Source: the human T2T-CHM13v2.0 reference genome, Homo sapiens. From it: a stretch of 64,000 nucleotides of DNA. This document shows, in pieces, positions 27,792-42,110 of the stretch. Where the stretch lies: NCBI RefSeq assembly GCF_009914755.1, contig NC_060938.1; one strand, given 5' to 3'. Below the pieces are notes generated by a model that saw only the letters and a list, made by a program, of their open reading frames with translations, made no database searches and was not told the origin of the DNA. Numbering within the stretch: the first letter of the stretch is position 1; the number at the start of each line of letters is the position of its first letter. The translations under genes were made by a program, and so were the position numbers.

Positions 27792-28889
27792 ATGCGTAAG
27801 ATAAAAGAGTATAAGATTAGAAGTCCCATTTGGATGTGAGCTCAGGCTCCTCCTCTTATTGGTAATTATTGTGTTATTCTGGGCAAATTATATATTCGTT
27901 TTGAGTCTCCCTTATCTGTGAAATGTGGTAGTTGTGAGGAAAAGTATGATTATATATGCAAAAATGCTTAGTAAACAGTAAAGCTTGAAGTTGTTTTTGA
28001 AATTGTTGTTTACCAAGTTTATTTCTGTCCTAGTATGTAGCACAGCAACTACCAGCTACTAGAACAATTAACAGTTGGAGGAATGAATGAAGTTTGCCTT
28101 CTGTGTCTCTGGGTTCTGTAACTGGTATGTTACAACTGAAAAACTTTTAAAATGAGACATTATTCCTCAAATTTTCTTTCTAAATTGTGTTTTTGCTGGT
28201 TTTTGTATTTTTGGAGTTAAAATGAAGTCACTCAATTAGAAAATCAGAACCTATGTTTCCTTCATTCACTGTATTGTACCCTGGTTTGGACTGTTAAGGC
28301 AGTTTATTATGTGTTTTTTTTGGCAACAACAAATGTTTTGCATAGTTCCAAGATGGTAATTTCATTCAACAGTGTATGTGTTTTTTTTTTTCTTTTTATA
28401 TGCTGCTCACTCCCTCAGATGGGGCCATCTGTTTTCTCTTTTTTTTTTTTAATAGGAATTTCTAATGTACCACCCTATTGATGTAGTTACTCTTACTGTT
28501 TCTATGATAAAGTCTAGCTCTAATTTATTAAGAATTGTCAGGAAGAGAAATGTGCTGCCGTTTTGCATACCAGTGTGGTTTTCACTGATGGGGAGAGCGC
28601 TGAGATGTACAGGTGCGTCATTTACCCTCTTTGAGACATTTGTTTTCTAGCACCTGGCCAAAGAAACAAGTATCAGTTTGAGATTGTTCCAATAGGTAAG
28701 ACATTGCACAAAGATTGAGAAATTTAAAAGAAAAGACATTCAGGTCATTTTTAGCACACCTATTTGTCTGCTAGGATCACATTATTATTTCTAGAAAGAT
28801 ACGTGTTTTGCCAGCAACTGGTTAGTTGGGTAGAAGGGAGCTAGCATTTTCTATTCAACAGTAATCTGACCTAACTACCTGTCATGTAG

Positions 28890-29680
28890 TTTATGTGGGT
28901 CTAATCCCCCACCTCACCTAGGGGGCAGCACATGACCCAGACCTGGCCAGACCAAGACTCAATCCCCTGGCTATGGTGACTGGTTTAGGGGCAGTTTTGT
29001 CATCTAAGAATTCTCTATGGCAGGGGTCCCCAACCCCTCAGGCTGAGGACCAGTACCAGTTCGTGGCCTGTTAGGAACCATTCCACACAGCAGGAGGTGA
29101 GCAGTGGTGAGCATTACTGCCTGAGCTCTGCCTCCTGTCAGATCGGCAGTGGCATTAGATTGTCATAGGACCAGAAACCCTACTGTGAACTGTGCATGCA
29201 AAGGAGCCAGGCTGTGCTCTTCTTATGAGAATCAAATGCCTGATGATCTGAGGTGGGACAGTTTTGTCCCAAAACCATCCCCCGATCCCACCCCAGTCCA
29301 TGGAAAAATTGCCTTCCTTGAAACTGGTCCCTACTGCCAAAAAAAGTTGGGGACCGCTGCTCTATGGGACTTGAGCTAGAACTATTATAAAAGATACTGT
29401 TTGGTTTCTTTTTTCTGGGATCAAGAGCTGTCAAGATCATGAAAGCTTCAAATCATTATTTCCCATCATGTGGGGAAGACTAATAAGCCAAGAGAAAGGG
29501 AAGTAGAGTTCAGTAATGACAAGAGAGCAAGTTCTCATGGCAGCCTTGACCATGTGCACTCAGGTATTTAACTTAAGCCAGGCTTACCCATAAACCTTTT
29601 TTTTTGTTTTGCAGTATATAAACAACAAATTTCATTGTTCATGTCTGTTACTTGCAGCTTAAAAAATCCTGAATAATGCA
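28890..29680 (+). mobile_element. LTR16/LTR33-like ERVL LTR split by MER1B
   Basis: catgacccagacctggcca…cccctggctatggtgactggtttaggg; end tctgttacttgcagc…cctgaataat. Confidence 0.55.
29021..29359 (+). mobile_element. MER1B (hAT-Charlie) with intact 8-bp TSD CTCTATGG
   Basis: caggggtccccaac…gttggggaccgctg TIRs; TSD at 29013-29020 and 29360-29367. Confidence 0.9.
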
Positions 29681-29835
29681 AAACTGCAAGAAAAATAAAA
29701 AAGCAGACTAAAATGTGTATCATTTTACCTCCAAAGGAGATGACCATCCCAGTCATCTTCAAAATTGTCAGACCACAGCTGCAGTGTTATCTTCTGTCTA
29801 GGTGTTTAACAGAGGACCGTGGCACTCTAGGGCAC

Positions 29836-30201
29836 TGTTACGGACTAAATTATGTCTCCCACAATTCACTGGTTGAAGCCCCTGACCTCAGTGTGACTTT
29901 ATTCAGAGATAGGGCCTTTAAGGATGTAATTAAGGTTAAATTAGGTCTTAAGAGTGGCCCCTAGTCCAATAGGACTGTGAGAGGAGGTGAAGACATGAGG
30001 GATGCTCATGCTCAGAGGAAAGGCCCTCTAAGGACACAGTGAGAAGGTGGCTGTCCACAAGCCAAGGAGAGAGGCCTCCAGAGAAGGCAAACCTGCCAAC
30101 ACCTTCCTCTTGGGCTTCCAAAACTGTGAGAAAATACATTGCTGCTGTTAAGCTGCCCAGTCTGTGGTATTTTGTTATGGCAGCCTGAGCTAACTAAGAT
30201 A
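29836..30201 (+). mobile_element. MLT1A-type MaLR LTR
   Basis: agatagggcctttaagg…ctgtggtattttgttatggcagcc. Confidence 0.85.
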
Positions 30202-31813
30202 GGTTTTTCTTTCAAAAGAAAGAAAGAAGAAGAAGGTGAGGGGACTCAAGACCACATCTGAAGGGCAGTCCGTTGAAGAGCCTGGAATAAAAGGCTCTGG
30301 AGAGACAATCACTGTCTAGTCTAATTTCTCCAAGGTGTAGCATCCAGATAGAAAGCTACATGACATTGATTAAAGGAATCACTTCCAGGAAAGCCTTTCT
30401 AACAGGGGCCTTCTGCTCAGTGTTCAAGGCTTACCTTTTCCTCTTTCATTCCCCCAGGTAGAGTTAATCTTCCTTCTCATATACTCTGAAAATACTCTTG
30501 CACCTACTTCTGTTTCTGTACTTCTCATGCCCTTTTGTTAACTGGATTTGTCAGTCCCTGCCTTCTAGATGATGCACTGTGGAAGGAGCACGTGACATTA
30601 ATTCCAGGCTTGGCTGGTGTCCAGCATGTGTTTCAAGTCTTCAGCAGTGTTTGCTAAATGTACAAATAAAATATAGAATATTAGAACCAAAAAAGTTCCT
30701 TAGGTATCCCCTTGTTCAGATCTCTGTGAGTCCCTCTTTTGGACATGGTATTTACCTTTCGCTTCCCCAGAGCAGACATGGCCAGTTCCCTTGAGGTATT
30801 TCCAGTGGGTAAGGGAAAGAGAAGTAATATTTCCGAAACAGCCACTATGTCCCAGGCAATATATAGTTATTTTCTTTCATTCATTCAGAGCTAGACATTA
30901 GGGATACAAATGGGATAGCTTCCATTTATTTATTCAACTATTGAGGGCCGAGAACTGTATTAACAATATGTCATTTCATTAACACCACTTTCAGCAAGTT
31001 AGAAATTACAGAGGAGGAAACACACCTAGACAGGGTCAGAGCTTGGTTGTGATCACCAGGTTAGTTAGCAACAGGACTGGAACTAGCTCTATGGATTCCC
31101 ATTCTGCTGCTTTTCAGTGAGGGGAAAGTGTAGACTAAGGAAAGCTGAAATCATCCTGGGTAGGATACTGTAGACGGAGAGCTGCAGGCAGCAGAAGGAA
31201 GTGCCTGGCAACTAGCTCTGTAGATTTAATAAAGCACCACGTTGGCCATGTCTATAGAATTAAGAGGAAAAGAAGGAAATTAAAATCTGAAGAAGTTGTG
31301 GCAAGTGGACAGAATTGCTAAGCATGGACAAAGCAAATAAATCCACAGCAGGTTTTAAACAAACTGATCTTATCATGCTCTTGTCTGGACAAACTTCCCA
31401 GCTCTGTTGGGCCTTCAGAATATTTAATTCTGACTTGCCATATCAAAGAGCAGAAGCGATGGACTCAGATGGCGGACAAGGTTGCCCACCACTGCCTCCT
31501 CTCGGTTTTGAAGCCCACGTGGTCTGGACAGCCAGGGCTCTTAGTCCCAAATCAGGATACTGTCTTAACAAGCGGAACAAGTCTGGGTCCCATTTGCATT
31601 TCACTTGTCCCTTTGTGCCATTAAACTTCTTTATTTTTAATAAGCTAGTTTTATTAATTGAAAAATTATTAACTGCTCATAATAAAAAGCTTAAACAGAA
31701 TAATGCTAGAACTTCACTGATATCCCTCAACTCTTGGCAGAGGCCACAGCTTGGGTGGGTAGCTGTCAGAGATGGTCTTAGGTACCACTTAGTACCCTGT
31801 GTGCTGTGCCCTG

Positions 31814-31815
<2 letters not shown>

Positions 31816-31860
<45 letters not shown>
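31816..31860. repeat. (GT)~22 microsatellite
   Basis: Direct reading; pure repeat. Confidence 0.95.
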
Positions 31861-31862
<2 letters not shown>

Positions 31863-32293
31863 GCTGTAAAGAAAGAATATAACTTTGTACTCACAAAGAT
31901 CAGAAACTAGGGATACAGTTTGGGTTATTGGTTACTTTTCCAACTTTTTTAGTTCTCTTGAATATATCCTGCCTCTCCCAAAAGCAGATGAATTCCTCAA
32001 GAGTGGGGACTGTGTTTCCTTCTGCAGCCATGACCCATAGGGCCCAGGACTGGCTTCTCAGATTTCAGAAAATAGAGTCATTAACCAAGTCACCAAATAA
32101 GTATAAGAACTGAAGGGAAAAAGGACAGGTAAGAACATTTGAGCTTTTCAAAGTTAAACCTTGGGGACAGAGACCCTGTGGGAGACAAATATTTTAAAAA
32201 TAGGATTCCTCATATGAATACCCCATGATTTCAGCTTTTCTCACTTTATGAAGTTCAGTTATTTTCTAGTTAAAACAATCCTTGTTAGAGGCC

Positions 32294-32617
<324 letters not shown>

Positions 32618-32844
32618 TAAGTCACATGAATAATTTGGACACATAATATGGGTAAAATAACTAGAGTTACTGAAGTGTTGAATAAACCACATTTAAGAAA
32701 TTTCTAAATAAACAACAACAGTGAAGTTCTCTGTACAGTAGGGGATGGTAAGTAGTTTCCTAGCCTGGAATTGGTCTATATCTTCACCCACTCTGTTCTC
32801 TCTGGCTTGTGTGTCTGGGTGGTGTGGCTGACCCCATGAGCTGC

Positions 32845-33135
32845 TTTTTGTTTTTAATAGAGACAGGGTCTCGCTCTGTTACCGAGGTTGGAATGCAGTG
32901 ACGCGATCATGGGTGTCACGACCTCCTGGGTTCAAGTGATCCTCTCACCTCAGCCTCCTGAGAGGCTGGGACCACAAGTGCACACCACCACACTGGGCTA
33001 ATTTTTTAACTTTTTTGCAGAGATGGAGTCTTGCTGTGTTGCCCAGGCTGATCTCAAACTCCCGGGCTCAAGGGATCCTCCTGCCTTGACTTCTCAAAGT
33101 GCTGGGCCTACAGGCATGAGCCACTGTGCCCAGCC
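32845..33135 (-). mobile_element. AluJ with TSD CCCATGAGCTG
   Basis: J-type features and flanking direct repeat. Confidence 0.85.
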
Positions 33136-33922
33136 CCCATGAGCTGTTGATCTTTGTGGCTTCTGTCCCTTTGTGTTTGCTTGTGGCACTTGGACAGCCT
33201 TAGCAAACGGCTCAATGCACAGTGATCCTGTTACTAGCACTTTGCTGCCCTTACTACAGATTTTTACCAGCTCCTTTTGTTCCGCTTTTTTCTCTCTCCT
33301 CCTTTCTTTATGCATTTTTAACATTACTGTATTTTTTCTCTTGTGAACTCTTCCTTGTTCACAATCTACCATGTAGCTCTTCCCCTCGCCCTGTATCCTC
33401 TCCTCAGCTCAGATTAGCCTCCCGTCTAGTCTACATTCAAGCTACACGTTCTCTGGACTTGGATTAGTTCTTTTTGTCATTGTTTCCCCATGTTTTTCCT
33501 TTTAGCATGGGAGCAGAGAGAAGGTAGAGTGTGGCTGCTCGTCTGCCCCTCAGAAAGCAGCCATCTGGGCAGGACAGAACGGAGCCTGACTGCTAGTCAG
33601 CAAACGCAGTTCAACCTGAGAAAGGAGGTCTTCCTTTCCTTTGCTTTTATCTCCCCAGTCTGCACCAAAGGGTTTATATATTGAATAGTGAGGCACCTTC
33701 CCTGGGATGTGAGACCAGGAGGAGAGGTTTTGCCTCAGTATGTCTCCGTGTCTCCATTTAACTCTTCATGACCTTTATTGCCTGTGTTTTTGGTCTGTAA
33801 GTAGCTCTGAGAGCTTTCATAAATCACTTAGCTGTTGTATGCTGCAGTTTCATCCTCTTTGAAATAAGAATAATAAATGTGGGCATGGAAGAGCAAATGA
33901 AATAGAGGATGTAATAACATAA

Positions 33923-34070
33923 AGTTACTTTGAGAAATTAATGGTAGTTATTAGCACATTCCCCCTGAAAAAGCATAATATGCTTAAGCTACAACGTTTG
34001 TGGAGGCTAAAGACACTCCATTTGAGATGCTAATCTGCCATGTTGAATTCTGATTGACCCCAATTCCGGG
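33923..34070 (+). repeat. ~148-bp copy of 35720-35866 (unique flank plus 5' end of the MER31 LTR)
   Basis: 6 substitutions and 1 indel between the copies. Confidence 0.95.
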
Positions 34071-34529
34071 TCAGTCAACACTATAAATTCACAGTGATGT
34101 TATATTAATAATATATTAATACATAATATGCAGAAATGTGTACTTAGAAACAGTGGCATTGTTGATACAATATGGTTATTGTTAACAATAAGTGTTCCTC
34201 TTCCCCCATTCCTTTTAACTCCAAACCTAGGAAGGCAGTCAGTTTTAAAAGGAGGAAGTTATGATTGGCAGCATGGAAAGGAAAAGATATTGAACTTTTT
34301 TTCCCAGAACTCCTAGGTGTAAGATTATGCTCTCCTGTTACAAGCCATGAGATGTGAGGTGGGCTTGGATGCCTCCTTTTAATACAGTAATTGTAACATC
34401 CCTGTTTACTTCACAGCATAGTTTAGATAATTAAATGATACAATGTATCAGAAAGAACGTGAACTGTCCTGTGGTGCAAATATAAAAGAAGGCAGAATGT
34501 GGGCAGAAGGAGGGATGGGGCAATTTCCT

Positions 34530-34690
34530 GTGGCCAAGACCTAGGTCTATGCCGCTTGCTAGTCAAATGGCCTGGAGCCACTCTCTGAGCTTCAGATTTC
34601 TCATATTTAAAGTGGAAATGATTGTAATAAATGTGAAGACCCCAACACACAGTAGGTGCTCAGTAAATGTCTTTTAAGAGATTATTATTA
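34530..34690 (+). mobile_element. MIR
   Basis: ctctctgagcttcagatttctcat…cacagtaggtgctcagtaaatg. Confidence 0.65.
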
Positions 34691-35008
34691 GACTTATATC
34701 CTTCTGAAACTGAGAAGTGATATCAGTGCAAAATACATCCCAGACTTCAAAGATATTTTCAGTTGGGTATTGCCAAATGGATTTCACCATGGACTTAGAC
34801 CCCATAAATGAATGTGTCAGTTTTAGTATATTTTTCCAGGTATTTTTTGGTGAACTGTTTTTTATTTGTGTGCCAATAGTAATACCCGACTAGAAAACCC
34901 TATCTGAAAGCTTTACTTTTGATTTCTAGAAGAAAACATTTCTAAGGTGGGAATCAATTAATTGGAGAACAGAGAATAGTGAATAGTTGTGCACTGATCT
35001 CTGAAGCC

Positions 35009-35345
35009 ACACTGCCCAGTAAAAACAACTCAAGCCACAAATGGGAGCTGCATGTGGAATTTTAAATATTTAATAACCATATGAACTAAAGTAAAAAGAA
35101 TGGATCATATTAATTTAAAAAATATATGTGTTTAAACTACTGTATCCATAATATAATTTCAACAGTGTTACTATGGTAATATGAAAATTATTAATTAACT
35201 ATATTACATTACATTTTTGTACTAAGTCTTTGAAATTTGGGCTGTATTTTACCCTAACATCACTTCTCAATTTGGACCGGCCACATTTCAAGTGCTCGGT
35301 AGTCACACATGGCTTGAGGCTACCAAAGGCTACCAAATTGGATGT
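35009..35345. mobile_element. MER33-like hAT element
   Basis: gtactaagtctttgaaat…gccacatttcaagtgctc. Confidence 0.75.
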
Positions 35346-35794
35346 CTAGAGCCCTGATGAACTGAGACAGAAAGTAACTAAGACAGAGAATCTCGGTTAC
35401 ATTGTTGCATTTAGCAAATGGGTTTAAAAGTGCCAGGCCAAATAGAATTTCCAGACTTACGTGATATTCTTTGCTCTGTATTAGATTTGCATTGATACAG
35501 GAAGTTTCAAAATACTCTCTAAATTGCTCCTCATTTCTCTGTTACTGACAAGCGCACAGTGGAGACGCTGCCTCCTTAAACTCCCCCATCTCTGGGCCCT
35601 GGGCCCAGCGACCTCTGGCCAGGGTGAGCATGCCGTGAGGGTGCTTCAGTAGCATTCACTGTGCCCAGGGCCAGTTCATATGCTTTTTTTGGTAGGAAGA
35701 TTTCTTTTTGGAGACCAGGAGTTACTTTGAGGAATTAATGGTAGTTATTAGCACATTCTCCTGAAAAAGTATAATATGCTTAAGCTACAACGTT

Positions 35795-36160
35795 TGTGGA
35801 GGCTAAAGCCACTCCATTTGGGATGCTAATCTGCCATGTTGAATTCTGATTGACCCCAGTTCCGGGAATGCCTCTGAGATTTCTACTTTTATATACTCAC
35901 CAGCATTGATGTTATTGTAAATACATACTTACCATAAACCCTGCCCTTAGTCAAGTTTTCTGAGGTATATAAGCCCTGAGTCTGGTGGATAACAGTGTGG
36001 GGATCGACTGTCTCAAGGCCACCTGAGATATGGCTTCTGTTTGTGAGTCCTTATTAAATTTTTCCTTCTGAAAAACTGGATTTGTCAACCTCTTTTTTCA
36101 GCATATCAGCTCCATCAACCTTTGTGGGTAGGTTCACATAGACCTGTTCACCATGGAACA
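35795..36160 (+). mobile_element. MER31-type ERV1 solo LTR
   Basis: TGTGGAGGCTAAAG…gtatataagccctg…attaaa…GGAACA. Confidence 0.8.
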
Positions 36161-36274
36161 ACATGGCATAAAATTTTTAGGGTTTTATAGATCACTGAAA
36201 TCCATCTGAGCACCTCAGGTTAGGAACCCCTCTGTATTAATCAGGATTCTCCAGGGAGTACCAATAGGAGATAG

Positions 36275-36275
<1 letters not shown>

Positions 36276-36311
<36 letters not shown>

Positions 36312-36380
36312 TGTGTGTGTGTATATATATATGTGTGTGTGTATATATATGTGTGTGTGTGTGTGTATATGTATATGTAT
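36276..36380. repeat. Compound (TA)n/(TG)n microsatellite
   Basis: Direct reading. Confidence 0.9.
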
Positions 36381-36661
36381 AGATATACAAGGGAGGACTT
36401 ATTAGAGGTATTGAGTCATGATTATGGAGGTTGTAAAGTCCTACGATAGACCGTCTGCACGCTGGAGACCCAGGGAAGCAAGTATTGTGGCTCAATCCAA
36501 GTCCAAAGGCCTGTGAGCCCAGGGTGGGGGTGGGGTGGGGTGAGGTGCTCAGGCAAGTCCTGGAGCCCAAAGGCTGGAGAGCCTGGAGTTCTGATGTCCC
36601 AGGGGCAGGAGAAGAAGTGTCCCAGCTCCAGAAGAGAGAGGGAATTCACCTTTCCTCTGCC

Positions 36662-37051
<390 letters not shown>

Positions 37052-37954
37052 CGCCCACATTGAGGGTAGGTCTTCCCTACTCAGTCCACCAACTCTTAAT
37101 GCCAGTCTGGAAACACCCTCAGAGGCACACCCAGAAATAACACTTTACCTGCTCTCTAGGTATTCCTTAATCCGGTCAAGTTGACATCTAAAATTATCGA
37201 TCACATCCTCTTTCTATAATGGTTTATAATAGTATTACAGTGTGCACCCATTGTGAAGCAAAAGGGGGTTGGGGGATTCACAACATGTGTGAACCTGCGT
37301 AGCATAGTTGTGAAATAGTATACAAGAAACTCATGACAGTAGTTGCCTTGGGAGGAAGCTAAGATGGGAAGGGAGATAGTCCCTATATTTTTTTAATATT
37401 TTAACTTTCACAACACACAGTATTTCTTATACAGAGATTTTGGCTTACATATACATACAATAACAACGAGAACAATAAACCCTTAATCCAGAATTACATA
37501 TTAAAACTGGCAAGAAGACTTCAACCAAAGGCTATAGGAGAGCAAACATAATTTGAACACTTTCAGTCTGCCGGGCACTGGGGAAGACGGGTAAGGACTG
37601 ATACTTGTCCTCTGAGAGCTCACAGCATAAAGACAGACCTGGAAATAGACCATTGTAATTACAATGTGATCCAAGGAGTGCCACAGGCAGACCTGGGGTA
37701 TGTGTGGGTATCTAATTCCCAGGCCCAGGGTTCTTGGAGAAGACCAAGCCTAAACCATCTCCACACATCAGCTGGAAGTAACCTAAGCAGGGGTGGTCCT
37801 CGCTGCCTGAATGGACAGTGAGAAACAGCATGGAGTGTTTCAGCAGTGAGCTCCCCAGTATAGCTTGGATGTAAGGGTTGAAGCAGGCTCACTTTGGTGG
37901 GAGCTTGGAGGGGAGACCATGGGGCATCCTTATACCACTTTCCCACTGGGGACA

Positions 37955-38036
37955 GTGCAGTGAGCCGTGATTGCACCACTGTACTCCAGCATGGATGACA
38001 GAGCAAGACCCTATAAAAATAAATAAAGAAATAAAT
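37955..38036 (+). mobile_element. Alu 3' fragment
   Basis: gcagtgagccgtgattgcaccactgtactccagc plus A-rich tail. Confidence 0.75.
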
Positions 38037-39202
38037 ACTGGAGCAAAAGCTAGGCATAGAGACAATAAAAGGAGGGAGTACCTAGTTACAGCTAGTGTGT
38101 TGTTGAACGCTGCCAGAGGGGTTGGTAAGCCTGATGATGTAGTTAAGGCAGCCACCTCACTCCCGTCTGCAGTTGGGAGCCACTGCTTTGTAGTACAATA
38201 AGGGTGACGATACAAATAGTGCCCACTTTGTGGGATTGTTTTGAGTATTAAAAGAGTGTGTGATGTTTTCTGGAAGCTGGTGCATAACTCCTACTCCTGC
38301 CTTAATCCTCTGTTCCTGGCACCTCTTCCTGGTCATCTTTTTAAGTTTCCAGAGTAATCCAAGGGCCCTCCTGTGCTCTCACATCCCCTGCTCTTGCCTT
38401 GTTATCGCACCTGCCACACTTTATCAGATATCTGAGTGTCTTCTTGAGGGCCAGGACTGCATTATGTTTTACTTCCTATCCGTGGTGTTTAGCATGAGCA
38501 GGTCACGTAATAGGCGCCCAACACATGTTTGTTAGGTGAAGAACTCTCTCGTGTAGGTCACAATGATTTTCAGTTTGCAAAGCACTTCTCATATCCTCAG
38601 TCTCATTTGATCCCTGCCAGCACTCAGTCAAGTTGAAAGGACGGGATTAATCTTCCATTTTGTCAATGAACACACATTCAGAGAGGTAGAGCTAGGACTG
38701 TCAGCTGTGCTGACTTCTGCTGTACCACACTACCCATTTGAGGAGCTATTGATAAACTACAGCATTATTGTTTTTTTAATCTCTGTCCTGCCCTGGGCAG
38801 ATCAGTAAAGCTAAATCAGCCAGTGGTGTTTGTTCTCCCTGGGTGTCTGTGTTTGTGCCTAATGGGCAGAATGAATTATGGAATGAATCAATGAATTCTT
38901 GGAATGTTCTGAGGCCTGTGGGCACTGATGATTGTAAGTAGTCTTGACAACTTTTTCCTCCAGCCGTGTCCTGCATCTCATGAAAGCCAGGTTTATTTCC
39001 AGCCTAATTAGAGCAGTAGGTCACCCAGAACAGCTCAGAGCAGAAATAAAATCTTCAGAAGAGACCTGTTTGATTTGATTTTCCCCCATTTTGTCATTGG
39101 AAAAAAAGTGTTGAAATTTCAAATTGTAGGATTCCTTTCTCTGTAAAGGCCTCTGAGATAGCCAAATGATAAGAAAAACTCGGGAGACAGTGCATTATAC
39201 TT

Positions 39203-39339
39203 ACTGAGTCAGCATCCCTAACAAGGAAATCCAAGATACTCCAATGAGCATTTCCTTCGAGTGTCATGTCGGCATTCAGAAAGTTTTGAATTTTGAAGTA
39301 TTTTGAATTTCAGATTTTTGGATTAAGGATACTCAGCCT
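39203..39339 (+). mobile_element. MER46/Tigger4a-like TcMar element
   Basis: ctccaatgagcatttccttcgagtgtcatgtcggc…ttggattaaggatactcagcct. Confidence 0.75.
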
Positions 39340-39424
39340 CACACATACAATGAGTATATATGAGGCTTAGGTCATTGAAGAAGGCATTGGGTTATTTATT
39401 CTTTAGCAAACACAGTGTTGACTA

Positions 39425-40106
<682 letters not shown>

Positions 40107-40165
40107 AGGAGGGTTGATTTCTAAACTCAGTTTTGCAGCCAATATTTTGAGACCTTGGGCAGATC

Positions 40166-40196
<31 letters not shown>

Positions 40197-40819
40197 CCTG
40201 ACCCCAGTTTCTTCAGGAAGCCGTTAAACCTAGGACAGAAACTGTCCTTGGGTTTAATCTGAAAACAATCAGAGCCCTGCAAGTCCTTTGATCCAGTCTC
40301 TTACCTAAAGTAGACGGGCGCTATAGTTACCATTGGCTAGATGGCCAATGGCAAACCAAAATAGTTTTCCTGTAGCTTCCCCCTCTGAAAGCAGGAAGCA
40401 TAGCCTATCTATCTCTGGACTCCCTGTACCCAAGCACAGAGCCTGGTTCTAGTCATTGGGCAGAATCGTCTCCCTAGGGATCACACAGAAGGATCCGTTC
40501 TTTCCACTGAGCTCCGTTGCACAGGTCCAGAGCCAGAGCTCACACTCTCTTTCCATTGCTCCGGGACAGACAGCCCTGCTTTCCTCAGCCAGTTGTCAGA
40601 TGTTATGATTTCTATTTGCCTTATTATCTTAGTTGCCGTCAAGGAATGCTTCCAGGTTGGCAGTCCCTTCCTTATATTGTAATATCAAAAACTGATCTAA
40701 ATATTTCATTTGTGTAGCCTGGGTTACACATTCTGCAACCTATATCACGGAATAAACCAGGTACCCAACCACTGTTCATTATTCAGATTGTGAGTTAGCC
40801 TGGTGTTTTTACAAGTTAC

Positions 40820-42110
40820 CCTACAGAGAGCTTGGACACGTGGGTAGAAAGTCCAGAAATAGGTCCCGACAAAAATGCCAAGTGATGTTTGACAAAGGTA
40901 AAAAGTCCGTTCAGTGAGAAAGTATAGCCTTTTCAGCAAATGGTACTGGAACAATTGGACACCCTTATGCAAAAAGAAGTGAATTTTGGCCTAATCCTCA
41001 CATGTTATACAAAAGTTACTTCAAAGTGGTTCATAAATCTGAATATAAAATCTAAAACTATAAAACTTGTGGAAGAAAACTTGAGACAATCTTCATGACC
41101 TGGGATTTAGGGAAGAGGTTCTTAGACATGACAGCGAAAGCACCATCCATAAAAGAAAAAGGATAAATTGGACTTCATCAAATTAAATTTCATCAAAAAG
41201 ATAAATTTTGACTTCATCAGAATTAAAAACTATTATTCTGTGAAGGATACTTTTATAAGAATGAAAAGACGAGAGACAGACTTGGAGAAAATATTTACAA
41301 ATACAAAGGGCTTGTCTTTGGAATATATAAAGAACTCTCAAAACTTAACTATAAGAAAGTAACCCAGTTTTTTCAACTGGGCAAAAGACAGACACTTCAC
41401 CAAAGAGGATATACAGATGGCAAATAAGCACGAGAGAAGATGCATGACATCATTAATCATTAGAGAAATGTAGGTTAAAATTAGGATATCATATGCACTT
41501 ACTAGAGTGACTAAGATGAAATACTGACAGTGCCTTGGGGGTGCAGAGCAGCAACTCTCCTACACTGCCAGAAGGAATACAAAATGGCACAGCTACTCTG
41601 GAAAGCAGTTTGGCAGTTCCTTATAAAGTTTTACATACAGTTAACATATAACCCAGCAATCCTACATAGTCACCCTATGGAAATGAAAGCTTACGTTCGT
41701 GACCATTGCCAAAAACTGTGAACAGCCCAAATGTCCTTTGATTAAATGGATAAACAACTTGTAATACGTCCATACAACAGAACACTACTCTGCAAAAAAA
41801 CAAACAAAAAAAACACTAATTATTAACTAACACAACAGCTCGGATGAATCTCAAAGCATTACACTGAATAAAGGAGGCCTATTAAGTCATAAAATGTTAC
41901 ACGTTGTATGATTCTATTAACATGACATTTTCCTAAAGACAAAACTGTTGAGATGGAGAACAGATCAGTGGTTGCTGGGAATTGGTGGGGGCGGATATGA
42001 CTACAAAGGGAGAGCTGAGGGAGCTTGGGAGTGATGGCACTCTTCTGCCTTCTGATTGTGGTGGTGGTTACACCACCAATCTACGTAGGTGTTACATTCA
42101 TGGAAATGAA
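40820..42110 (+). mobile_element. Old L1M (L1MC/MD-like) ORF2 end and 3'UTR
   Basis: aaatggtactggaacaattggac; gacttcatcagaattaaaaac; cacttcaccaaagaggatatacagatggc. Confidence 0.85.

Noticed and set aside
31315-31869. 184-aa ORF
   Set aside because: Non-ATG start, ends in a (GT)n-derived CVCV run, no recognisable domain.
32745-32753. ATG|gtaagt as another first exon
   Set aside because: Phase 0, out of frame with EVL exon 2; no promoter features nearby.
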